Below are positions 7,552 through 15,884 of a stretch of 19,164 nucleotides of DNA, one piece after another. The DNA comes from Candidatus Micrarchaeota archaeon (GTDB lineage: Archaea; B1Sed10-29; JAJRYS01): NCBI GenBank assembly GCA_964496415.1, contig CAZBZN010000009.1, positions 7,792-26,955 of the forward strand, read 5' to 3'. The notes under the pieces are model-generated. The model made no database searches, had not been told where the DNA came from, and saw only the letters and a list, made by a program, of their open reading frames with translations. Positions within the stretch are counted from its first letter, which is position 1, and the number at the start of each line of letters is the position of its first letter. The translations under genes and the position numbers were made by a program.

Positions 7552-7612
7552 ACCAGTTGACGGGAGTTCGAATCTCCCTGGCCCCACTTCAAAAACTAAG
7601 GAAGGTGCATGA

Positions 7613-7834
7613 ATGAGGGGAAGAGCAAGACTAGTTGAATGCTATTATTGCGGAAGAAAAGTCCCAGTAGACAAAGCAATAAGAACCATGATAAGAGGAT
7701 TCAACTATTTTGATGAAAGAGTAGGCTTAAAACACCGTGGTGCTGGGATGACTGTATACGTTTGTCCTTCCTGCGCAAGACACAGGGGAATAAAAGACCT
7801 AAGGCCTAAAAGAGGAAGACCTAAAAAAAGGTAA
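7613..7834 (+). CDS. rps26e: 30S ribosomal protein eS26 (S26e)
   Basis: 'RGRARLVECYYCGRKVPVDKAI...VCPSCARHRGI' matches the eS26 pattern RG....V.C..C...VP.DKAI...C.SCA.H. Basic tail; GAAGGTG RBS. Confidence 0.85.
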   Translation: MRGRARLVECYYCGRKVPVDKAIRTMIRGFNYFDERVGLKHRGAGMTVYVCPSCARHRGIKDLRPKRGRPKKR

Positions 7835-7836
7835 GC

Positions 7837-8349
7837 TTATTTCTTGTCTTTTATTATTCTGTCTAAGAATAAGTGAGAAACAAAACTTAAGAAACCAAAA
7901 ACAGCAAAAATAAAGCCAAGGACCAAATTAGAAAACATCAAAGTTGCTAGTACGTAAACAATTACTGCGTAAACTCCAGCAGCTTTAAAAGAATGAATAG
8001 GGCCCCTGTGATGTGGCAGTATTGCTTGAAAAACCAAAACAACAGCTACAGCAACTGCTCCTGAAGAAACAAGCCTTACTAAAACTTTGCTTAATTCTTG
8101 TTCATTAGGCAAGAGTGAAAAAAATACTACAAAAACTAATAATCCTAAAATCAACCTAGTTCTTTTAAAAGCAACAGAGTTTTTATTATCAATGTCTGGA
8201 AGAATGCTTCCAACAAAACAAACAATAAAACCAGAAAGCAGCACTAACAAGAGTTTTTCAACTTTAAAAGAGTAATTCAAGACTATTAGTACTAAAAACA
8301 CTAACCATACAGCTATTCCCAATAACTCATGGGAGGAAAACTTCGGCAT
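7837..8349 (-). CDS. Membrane-bound metal-dependent hydrolase (YdjM-like)
   Basis: Multi-TM protein with an N-terminal His, 'LPDID', 'HRGPIHS' and 'SHLFLD' motifs. Confidence 0.85.
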   Translation of the reverse strand: MPKFSSHELLGIAVWLVFLVLIVLNYSFKVEKLLLVLLSGFIVCFVGSILPDIDNKNSVAFKRTRLILGLLVFVVFFSLLPNEQELSKVLVRLVSSGAVAVAVVLVFQAILPHHRGPIHSFKAAGVYAVIVYVLATLMFSNLVLGFIFAVFGFLSFVSHLFLDRIIKDKK

Positions 8350-8355
8350 TTAAAA

Positions 8356-9648
8356 TCACTTCTTCTCTTTTTTAACCTGCTTGCTTTCTATTACTTTTGG
8401 TTTAGGCATTTTTACTTCTTCCTCTTCTTTTGATTCCTCTTCACCATACTTGTTTTTCATGTACTTTATCCCGATCACTGAAATCAAGGTAGTCATGATG
8501 ATAACAGTGAATACGATGTCAGGTAAGTTTTTGACAAAAGGATCATTTGGAAGAGCTTGAAGAGGAAGATAAGCTAAAACAGCTGCTGCAAGCCCCCTTG
8601 GAACCATTATGGTTATTATTTTTTCATCAATTTCTTTAAGGCCACCCATTCTCCCAGCAAGCAGTTTCATAGTAATAACTCTTGCAAGAATAATCCCACC
8701 TGAAATGATCACTCCTATAAGAATGTTCATTGGGTTAGTTATTTTTACTAAGAGTCCTAAAAACACAAAAAAGAAAGTTCTTATAAAGAAAGCAATTAAA
8801 GAGTGGAACATTATCATCGTAGAACTCATCTGATAAGCTAAATTGCTATAACCAAGCATTGGCATTATCTTACTTCCATTGCCAAGAATTATTCCAAAAG
8901 TAAGCACTGCTATTGCACCGCTGCCCCCTAAAAGCTGAGTAACTGAATAAATTAAGAATAACAAGGCAAGAGTAAGGGTATAACTGAACTCATACCTTTC
9001 AACCTTCCTCATTATCGGAAGCCAAAGAATCCCTGCAATAACACCAAAAACAAACCCAACAGAAAAGTTTATTGAAAGAGACTTAAACACAAAACCAATA
9101 TCCCCTGCTCCCATCTGAAGGGCTTGAATTATAGCAATTGCTACTACGATACATAAAACATCAGTAAGCGCTGATTCTATTGAAAGAATCGTTTTTGTTT
9201 TTTCAGAAATCCCAGCTAATTTTGAAACAATAGGAATCACTATCGGAGAACTAATACCCCCTACGATTGCTCCTAAAAGAATCCCGTGAAGTATGCTTGT
9301 CTTAAGATAAAAAAAGCCCAAGGCAGAAGTTATTAAAGTAACCACTGCTACTGTAATGATAAAAGAAAGCAGGGTTAGTAAAGTTCCTTTTGGAGCCTCT
9401 TGAAGAAGTTTGTAGATGTCCATTTTAACTCCGCCTTCGAACAAGATGATTATCACTGCTATTGCTGAAAAGAATCCTGAAACAGCAAGGAAGGGCTCTT
9501 GTGCGAGGATTCCGAAAACCGGTCCAAGCAGAAGTCCTAAAAACAGCAACCAGACAATGCTGGGGATGTCTGTTTTTTTGAATACTAAGTCGCCGAAAAA
9601 ACCAATCAGCATTATGACACTGATCAAAATCAAACTAACTTCAAGCAT
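8356..9648 (-). CDS. Na+(K+)/H+ antiporter, CPA1/NhaP type
   Basis: About 13 TM segments; motifs 'ILFEGG', 'ESALTDVLCIV', 'FFFVFLG' and 'PRGLAAAVLA'. Confidence 0.9.
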   Translation of the reverse strand: MLEVSLILISVIMLIGFFGDLVFKKTDIPSIVWLLFLGLLLGPVFGILAQEPFLAVSGFFSAIAVIIILFEGGVKMDIYKLLQEAPKGTLLTLLSFIITVAVVTLITSALGFFYLKTSILHGILLGAIVGGISSPIVIPIVSKLAGISEKTKTILSIESALTDVLCIVVAIAIIQALQMGAGDIGFVFKSLSINFSVGFVFGVIAGILWLPIMRKVERYEFSYTLTLALLFLIYSVTQLLGGSGAIAVLTFGIILGNGSKIMPMLGYSNLAYQMSSTMIMFHSLIAFFIRTFFFVFLGLLVKITNPMNILIGVIISGGIILARVITMKLLAGRMGGLKEIDEKIITIMVPRGLAAAVLAYLPLQALPNDPFVKNLPDIVFTVIIMTTLISVIGIKYMKNKYGEEESKEEEEVKMPKPKVIESKQVKKEKK

Positions 9649-9732
9649 GAGAATAAGACTCTTTAGTATTTTTTAAAGTTTTTCATAACTAAACAAAGTG
9701 AAGTTTAAATAGATAAAAAGAGTTATAAAAGC

Positions 9733-10041
9733 ATGGTTTTATGTAGCATTTGTAAGAAAGAGAAAACTTCAAAAAACAACTGGATCATTCAAGAGCATGC
9801 TGTTGATAACTCAATCCTAAGACAATTCAAAGTATGTGATGACTGCGCTAGTTCTCTGATAAAAAAAATTTACTTAGAAATGAATCCAAGGCAAAAAGAA
9901 ATTGACAAAATAGACTTGACGAAAACAGGGTTGGTTGATAGTATTTCAATAACAAAAGAAGGTCACTTAGAAGTAATCCTATCAATGGACTTAGCAAAAG
10001 CCCGTAGAATAGTGCTTGAAGAAACAAAGCTGTTAAAGTAA
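9733..10041 (+). CDS. Hypothetical Zn-finger protein (CSIC...CDDC)
   Basis: Two CxxC pairs in the N-terminal half; AT-rich TATA-like sequence upstream (TTTAAATA near 9704). Confidence 0.6.
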   Translation: MVLCSICKKEKTSKNNWIIQEHAVDNSILRQFKVCDDCASSLIKKIYLEMNPRQKEIDKIDLTKTGLVDSISITKEGHLEVILSMDLAKARRIVLEETKLLK

Positions 10042-10215
10042 GCTGAAGATAACTCCAAGCAGCAGCCCAAACAATGCAAATAACACTCCTAAAGCAATAA
10101 ACAATAAAGTCCTTGCTTCTCTTAGGTCTTTTTTCAATTCTTCATCATGCTTTCGTAGCATTACTAAAACTCTCTTTAAAGCTTTTATTTCCTGCTCAAG
10201 TTCTGCTTTTTTCAT
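10033..10215 (-). CDS. Small coiled-coil protein with a C-terminal TM anchor
   Basis: ATG immediately follows the metG stop (TGA-ATG), with AAGGTGGAG RBS inside the end of metG. About 35 aa of heptad helix are followed by a 24-aa hydrophobic tail. Confidence 0.65.
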   Translation of the reverse strand: MKKAELEQEIKALKRVLVMLRKHDEELKKDLREARTLLFIALGVLFALFGLLLGVIFSLL

Positions 10216-12168
10216 TCACTCCACCTTAGCACCATTATTCACTTCTTTATCAACAGTAAGCAAACTCACTTTTCCCTGCTCGTCAACAGCTGCTAAAAGC
10301 ATTCCCTGAGACTCAATTCCTCTTATCTTCTTTGGTTCAAGGTTAGTTAAGACAACAATTTTCTTACCAATCAACTCATCTTTGGAATAATAAGGAGCTA
10401 TTCCAGCAACTAAAGTCCTTTCCTCACCGCCTATTTTCACCGTAAGTTTCAATAACTTATCAGCGCCTTCAACTTTTTCAGCATTAATAACTTCACCTAT
10501 CCTCAAATCAAGCTTTGCAAAGTCATCATACTTTATCATTCCACTTCCCTCCTTTTCTTTTTTAACACTGAATCTTTTAATATTCTCTGCTACTTCCTCA
10601 TCAGTCATTTTCCTAAACAACGGCTTAAACTCTCCAACAACAAACTCCTCTGGAAATTCTTTAGCATCATCCCATGCTTGCTCATCTAACTCTAAAAATG
10701 ACTTAATCTTATCAGCTGTCTCAGGAATAAAAGGCTTAAGAAGCACTGACAAAGATTTTACAAGGCATAATGAAACATACACTACTGCTTGTCTCCTATC
10801 CTCTCTTTTCCATGGTTCATTAGCAGTAATGTACTGATTTCCTTTTCTAACAAGCTTAAGCACTTCATGCAATGCTTGCTTTAATTCAATATTATAAAAC
10901 AATTCCTCAACACGCTTAACAGTATTTACTATTTCTTCAACAAATTGCTTGTCTTCTTCAGTAAGCTCAGGCTTCTTCACTCTCTTGTTGAAAAACTTTT
11001 CAGCAAAAGTAAGAGTCCTATGAACAAAGTTACCTATCGTATCATTTAACTCTGAATTAACAATCTCCTGCATGAGTTCCCAAGTAAGGTCAGAATCTTT
11101 TTTCTCAGGCAAAAGCGATAATAATACAAACCTCCAGTAGTCAGCTGGGAGAACTTCTAATGCTTCAAGTGCCTTTATCATTCTTCCTTTTGACTTAGAA
11201 AGTTTTGAACCCCCAAAAGTCAAAAACTCATAAGACGCTATCTTATAAGGCAGGATATAATCTTCTGCAGCAATAAGCATGCTTGGAAAATAAACAGTAT
11301 GGAAGAAAATGTTATCTTTCCCCAAGAACTGAACTAATTTCGTGTTTTTATCAGTCCACCAATTAGCCCTCCCTAATTGCTTAGTAAAAGTAATATAACC
11401 TATTGGGGCATCAAACCATACGTAAAATACTAATCCTTCAGCATCAGGGATAGGCACACCCCACTCAATGTCCCTTGAAATGTCAACTGGCTTTAAGCCT
11501 TGTTTTACAAAAGCTAAAGCAAACCTTTTAGCATTAGGAAATAATCCCTCATGGTTTTCAAGCCAAGAATAAAGCTTTTCCTGTACTTTTGGCATGTCAA
11601 AAAACACATGCTCTGTTTTTCTAATAACTGGTTTTGAGCCACAGGTCACGCAATGAGGGTCTATCAACTGGTTTGGCTCTAAAGGTTTTCCACAGGAATC
11701 ACATTGGTCTCCTCTTGCACCTTCAGCTCCGCAATAAGGGCATTTTCCTTCAACATACCTGTCTGGTAAAAACCTACCGCACTTTTCACAATACAGTTGT
11801 TCTATTTCTTTTCTAAAAATATAGTTTCCTTGTTTTAGTTTGTAATAAAAGTCCTGTACTACTTTAACATGCTCTGGAGTAGTGGTTCTTGAAAAAATAT
11901 CTGTAGAAATATTAAATCTTTCAATTGCTTCCTTTTGTTTAACGTAATACTTGTCAGCAAGCTGTTTAGGAGTAATCCCTTCTTTTTCAGCAGCTACTTG
12001 AATAGGAGTACCATGCTCGTCAGTTCCACACACATAAATGCAGTCTTCTCCTTTTAACTTCAAAAACCTTGAATACACGTCTGCAGGGAGAATACATCCC
12101 ACTAAGTGACCTAAATGAAGTTCTCCATTCACATAAGGTAAAGCTGACGTGACTAAATACCTTGTCAT
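10216..12168 (-). CDS. metG: Methionyl-tRNA synthetase with C-terminal tRNA-binding (Trbp111-like) domain
   Basis: 'ALPYVNGELHLGH', 'GTDEHG', Zn knuckles, 'YVWFDAPIGY', 'GKDNIFFH' and 'KLSKS'. C-terminal OB fold 'DLRIGEV...NLEPKKIRGIESQGMLL'. GGAGGT RBS. Confidence 0.97.
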   Translation of the reverse strand: MTRYLVTSALPYVNGELHLGHLVGCILPADVYSRFLKLKGEDCIYVCGTDEHGTPIQVAAEKEGITPKQLADKYYVKQKEAIERFNISTDIFSRTTTPEHVKVVQDFYYKLKQGNYIFRKEIEQLYCEKCGRFLPDRYVEGKCPYCGAEGARGDQCDSCGKPLEPNQLIDPHCVTCGSKPVIRKTEHVFFDMPKVQEKLYSWLENHEGLFPNAKRFALAFVKQGLKPVDISRDIEWGVPIPDAEGLVFYVWFDAPIGYITFTKQLGRANWWTDKNTKLVQFLGKDNIFFHTVYFPSMLIAAEDYILPYKIASYEFLTFGGSKLSKSKGRMIKALEALEVLPADYWRFVLLSLLPEKKDSDLTWELMQEIVNSELNDTIGNFVHRTLTFAEKFFNKRVKKPELTEEDKQFVEEIVNTVKRVEELFYNIELKQALHEVLKLVRKGNQYITANEPWKREDRRQAVVYVSLCLVKSLSVLLKPFIPETADKIKSFLELDEQAWDDAKEFPEEFVVGEFKPLFRKMTDEEVAENIKRFSVKKEKEGSGMIKYDDFAKLDLRIGEVINAEKVEGADKLLKLTVKIGGEERTLVAGIAPYYSKDELIGKKIVVLTNLEPKKIRGIESQGMLLAAVDEQGKVSLLTVDKEVNNGAKVE

Positions 12169-12177
12169 AATACCTCC

Positions 12178-12687
12178 TCATTCTTCTGAGTAAAGCATCA
12201 AAGTTACCACGCTAAACAAAGCAATCACAAGTCCCAGAACTTTTGCAGTTACATCATTAACCAGCAAGACAAGGTTTGATGAAAGAAACAGCAAAGTGAA
12301 AGAAACAAGCATCATCAAGTACTTGATTTCATAATGATATTTTTTCAAAGCTTTAAAAGTATAGATTTCATTTTTTGCTAAGGTTTTTATCACCTTCTCA
12401 ACTTTTGTTTTTGGAATGTTTTCATCATAAAGCCTGCCATTTGCCCTAAACCGCGTGCCAAACAATTCAATAATCTTTTTACCATTAAGCTTCACAATCA
12501 CATGATTAAAGTTTTTTGCATCTTTTTTCAATGGTTTCGGAAGAAAAAGTGTTGTTGAAAAAGGAAGCTTTGAAACATAATACTCTGCTTTTACTCCTTT
12601 AATTGATTTTTTAAGTTCTACTACTGCTCTTTTAACCTTCTGTCTTTCAAAAGAGCTAACCACCACGCCAAGCTGAAGTCTCTGCAT
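12178..12687 (-). CDS. Hypothetical protein with two C-terminal TM helices
   Basis: Basic soluble N-domain followed by two hydrophobic segments; lies 9 nt upstream of metG on the same strand. Confidence 0.65.
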   Translation of the reverse strand: MQRLQLGVVVSSFERQKVKRAVVELKKSIKGVKAEYYVSKLPFSTTLFLPKPLKKDAKNFNHVIVKLNGKKIIELFGTRFRANGRLYDENIPKTKVEKVIKTLAKNEIYTFKALKKYHYEIKYLMMLVSFTLLFLSSNLVLLVNDVTAKVLGLVIALFSVVTLMLYSEE

Positions 12688-12741
12688 GCTTTTTATTAAA
12701 GAAAAGCTTGATTTAAAATACTTACTAAAAAAGGTGGAAAA

Positions 12742-13236
12742 ATGCTTGAAGTAATCAGTTACGAGTTCATGAAAAGCCTTTTAATCAATTACTGGTACTT
12801 AGGCGCATTTATAATAGGATTGCTAAGTTCAGCTACTTTATTCCTACCAACTCCTGCTTTTTTACTAATCTTTTGGGCTGGAAAAAGCCTTGACCCCCTT
12901 ATACTGGGGTTTGCTGCTGGAATCGGATCAGCCTTAGGAGAGCTTACTGGGTATTTGATTGGAGTAATCGGTGAAAAAACAATAATAAGAAAATACGAAG
13001 ACAAAATAAAAGAAATTGAAAAGAAATTTGAAAAACACCACCCAAGCATAATAATCTTTTCTTTTGCTTTGCTTCCACTTCCTTTTGATGCAGTAGGAAT
13101 CTTCTGCGGAATGATAAAGTATCCTCTAAAAAAATTCTTAAATCCTTTAATAGTGGGAAAAGTGTTCAAGTACTGGATAATTGCCTATTCAGGATACTTT
13201 GGATTGAATTTCATTTACCAAATAATGGGCTGGTAA
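12742..13236 (+). CDS. DedA/VTT (YqaA-like) membrane protein
   Basis: 'ATLFLPTP', 'AGIGSALGELTGYLIG', 'ALLPLPFDAVGIFCG...YPLKKF...GKVFKY'. AAGGTGG RBS. Confidence 0.85.
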   Translation: MLEVISYEFMKSLLINYWYLGAFIIGLLSSATLFLPTPAFLLIFWAGKSLDPLILGFAAGIGSALGELTGYLIGVIGEKTIIRKYEDKIKEIEKKFEKHHPSIIIFSFALLPLPFDAVGIFCGMIKYPLKKFLNPLIVGKVFKYWIIAYSGYFGLNFIYQIMGW

Positions 13237-13237
13237 C

Positions 13238-13789
13238 ATGAAAAAAGAAAGAAAACAAAAAGCAGAAAGCTTGCTTGAACCAATCGCGGTAAACATAAAC
13301 CCCAACCTAATCACTTTAAGCTCAGTGCTTGTAATGCTTGCAAGTTTTTACTTTATCGGGAAACATGAGTTCTATGCTGCTGGTTTTCTTTATTTAACAG
13401 CAAGCTTGCTTGACGCCTATGACGGAGTAGTTGCAAGAAAATTCAAAAGACAAACAAGAATAGGTGCTTTCTTAGATAGAATCTGTGACAGAATAAATGA
13501 TTCAATCCCGCTAATAGCTTTTACTTACTATGGTCTTGTTCAACCGGTTTTAGGAATGATTGCATTGTTTTCAGTAATTTTTGCCAGCTACTGTTCAGCA
13601 ACAATAGAAGTGATTTCAAAATCAAGAATAGGGGAAGAACTTTCACTAAGACCCGTAAGAAGCACTGTATTATTTTTAGGCATTACGATGGGGGCCAAAG
13701 CGATTCCTTACGCAGTATTACTAGTTTTAGCAATAGCAAGTGTCTCTATAGTAATAAGAATAAGAAAAGCAATCCAAGTGCTAAGTTAA
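13238..13789 (+). CDS. CDP-alcohol phosphatidyltransferase
   Basis: 'NPNLIT' plus the signature D-x2-DG-x2-AR...G-x3-D-x3-D ('LDAYDGVVAR...GAFLDRICDR'). Confidence 0.92.
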   Translation: MKKERKQKAESLLEPIAVNINPNLITLSSVLVMLASFYFIGKHEFYAAGFLYLTASLLDAYDGVVARKFKRQTRIGAFLDRICDRINDSIPLIAFTYYGLVQPVLGMIALFSVIFASYCSATIEVISKSRIGEELSLRPVRSTVLFLGITMGAKAIPYAVLLVLAIASVSIVIRIRKAIQVLS

Positions 13790-15628
13790 ATATTCAAGTG
13801 ATGAAAAATCAACTACTCTTGGGCTTATGTGAGAAGGGAAATACTTTGAATACTTTCTCCAAGAGTATCTTTCATCAACCCAAAACACAAGCCCTGAATC
13901 AAGCTCTGTTCTTATAAGTCTTCCTGATGCTTGAATTGCTTTAGTCATTGCTGGAAGAATGTAACCATACTCCCAGCCTTTGCCAAACTTTAAATCATAA
14001 TAATCAATTAATGCTTTTGTTTCAAGGCTTGGTTCTTTTAAAGGAATCCCAACTATCACCACGCATTCCAATTCTTTTCCAGGAAAGTCAACTCCTTCAG
14101 AAAAACTACCGCCAAGTACTCCAAAAAGCACAGCATCTTCATCTGATTTAAATTCCTCCAATACTTGTCTTGCTTTTGAAGGGCTCATTCCCTCTTCTTG
14201 AACAAAAATTGGCTTTGAAGTGTTTACTTTCTCAAGAATTTTTTTCAAAAGATCATAAGAAGGAAAAAACACTGCAGTCTTAAGGTCAAGCAAAAGGATT
14301 TTTTCAACAGTAAGAGCTATCCTTGACAACTGCTCATCAGTTCTCTTTTCATACTTCGTAGTAACCCCATTAATTATGAAGTCTCTTCTATTGATTTCTG
14401 GAAACGGTGACAAATACTCTTTGATTATAGTCCTATGCTTTTCAAGCCCAAGCAAGTCACGATAAGCAGTTCCTGGTTTTAAAGTACCACTCATCAAAAT
14501 CGTTGACTTAGCAGAATTAAACGGGCCTGAAGTAAGCAAAGAAGGGTCAAGACACTTCTGAGAAAGACTAGCTCCTCTTGAAGTCCTCTTAGCAATCTTC
14601 ACAAATTCCTCCCCTTCATTAAGCCACAGCAAGTAAAAAGAATGAAGCTTTAGAAGATTGCTCTTATGAAGATGCGTGTTCTCAAGCAACATTAACCCAG
14701 TAGAATAAAGGTCTTCTAAAAATTCTGTTCCGAAAAAAGGAACTTCATTAACATGAGCTATCCTCTCTTCAACTTGCTTCTCAGTAAGTTCTTTCTCAAG
14801 CTCTTTCAACGTTTTTTCAACCTTTTGCAACTGCTGGTCAAGAATCTTATTACCCATCAACAAAGCTTCATTTCTTGCTCTCCTAACCAGTGAAAGATTA
14901 ATAGTAGAAGACATTGCTTCTCTTACTCTTTCAGGAAGATTATGAGCCTCATCAACAACCACTATACAGTCCTCAAGTTTTTTTCTTGTCTTTTCAAGAA
15001 AAGCTTGAGCTACTACTGGACTAAACAAATGAGAATAATCGCATACTATTAAATCTGCTTCTTCAGCTAAAATCAAAGAAGCCTCATAACCACACAAAGG
15101 ATAAGATACTTCTCCTTCAGAATAATTTAAACAATACTCCAAGACCTCATGATGATGCTTGGAAATCCCAAACCATTCATTAAGCTTTTCAACTCTGCTC
15201 TTAGCTTTAATCCTCTCAGAATAAGAATACCCACAAATATTCCCATAATACCCGCATTCTTTTCTTCTTCTTTTCTTTTTACAAAGCTCATAAAAACCAT
15301 CACTTTCCTTCTCCCTCAACAACTCGTCAGAACACAAGTGCTTTTTCCCAACTAAATCAACTGCCCTTAAATCCAACCCATATTTTTCACATAATTCTCT
15401 AAACGCTTTAACAACAAGCAAATGCTGTGAAATCTTAGGAGTGCAAAAAAACAAACTAGTCCCATCAATTAGTTGTTCAATAACACCTGAAAGCACTGCA
15501 TCAGTCTTACCAAGCCCTGTTGGCGCATGAGCAATCAAATGCTTTCCTTCAAAAACAGCTTCCCTAATATCAGCAATTAACTTATCCTGACCAGGCCTTA
15601 CTTTCTCATGCCTAAACATGACCTCCAT
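13781..15628 (-). CDS. xpd: XPD/Rad3/DinG-family Fe-S DNA helicase
   Basis: Q motif 'RPGQ', Walker A 'APTGLGKT', Fe-S-region cysteines, 'DEAHNL', 'SGTL', 'SEGVDFPG' and 'QASGRLIR'. Confidence 0.9.
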   Translation of the reverse strand: MEVMFRHEKVRPGQDKLIADIREAVFEGKHLIAHAPTGLGKTDAVLSGVIEQLIDGTSLFFCTPKISQHLLVVKAFRELCEKYGLDLRAVDLVGKKHLCSDELLREKESDGFYELCKKKRRRKECGYYGNICGYSYSERIKAKSRVEKLNEWFGISKHHHEVLEYCLNYSEGEVSYPLCGYEASLILAEEADLIVCDYSHLFSPVVAQAFLEKTRKKLEDCIVVVDEAHNLPERVREAMSSTINLSLVRRARNEALLMGNKILDQQLQKVEKTLKELEKELTEKQVEERIAHVNEVPFFGTEFLEDLYSTGLMLLENTHLHKSNLLKLHSFYLLWLNEGEEFVKIAKRTSRGASLSQKCLDPSLLTSGPFNSAKSTILMSGTLKPGTAYRDLLGLEKHRTIIKEYLSPFPEINRRDFIINGVTTKYEKRTDEQLSRIALTVEKILLLDLKTAVFFPSYDLLKKILEKVNTSKPIFVQEEGMSPSKARQVLEEFKSDEDAVLFGVLGGSFSEGVDFPGKELECVVIVGIPLKEPSLETKALIDYYDLKFGKGWEYGYILPAMTKAIQASGRLIRTELDSGLVFWVDERYSWRKYSKYFPSHISPRVVDFSSLEYLT

Positions 15629-15668
15629 GAAAATAAGTTATGAGCAAACAAGTAATTAAGCTAATAGG

Positions 15669-15842
15669 TTACCATGACTCAGTTTTAACCAAAAACCCGT
15701 TTTCATCAAGCTTATACTTATGAGAAGGATTATTAGGGCAATAATAAATTCCATTTTCTTCTCTCATTACAATACTATAACCAGTCTCAGCATAACAAGC
15801 AGGACACACGACATTATACTTTACAGTAGGATTCTTTGCCAT
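15669..15842 (-). CDS. 57-aa Zn-binding micro-protein (CPAC...CPNNPSH)
   Basis: ATG at 15842 is preceded by a GGTGGT RBS and is preferred over 15854. C3H-type ligand set; lies between rbcL and xpd on the same strand. Confidence 0.65.
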   Translation of the reverse strand: MAKNPTVKYNVVCPACYAETGYSIVMREENGIYYCPNNPSHKYKLDENGFLVKTESW

Positions 15843-15884
15843 AAAAACCACCAAATTAAATTAGTAAGTTCAAAATATAAAAAA

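Larger units (their letters stand above)
7428..7586 (+). tRNA. tRNA-Trp(CCA) with two introns (7455-7485 at 26/27; 7497-7551 at 37/38); CCA not encoded
   Basis: The spliced 73-nt cloverleaf is GGGGCCA TG GGGT AGTCTGGCA TCCT A|ACTGG CT-CCA-G|A CCAGT TGAC GGGAG TTCGAAT CTCCC TGGCCCC A. Anticodon at 7493-7495; discriminator A73. Confidence 0.9.

Noticed and set aside
7428..7586. Alternative call as tRNA-Pro (GGGGCC start, GGGT/ATCCT D-stem)
   Set aside because: The only consistent anticodon arm is ACTGG-CTCCAGA-CCAGT (CCA), and the intron guide targets C34 as in tRNA-Trp.
6335..7586. Integrated element at the tRNA genes
   Set aside because: No integrase or duplicated tRNA 3' end (att site) was seen, and the flanking genes are housekeeping.
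7405..7587. 60-aa minus-strand ORF (MGPGRFELPST...)
   Set aside because: Reverse complement of tRNA-Trp; 'GRFELP' is the typical antisense T-arm translation.
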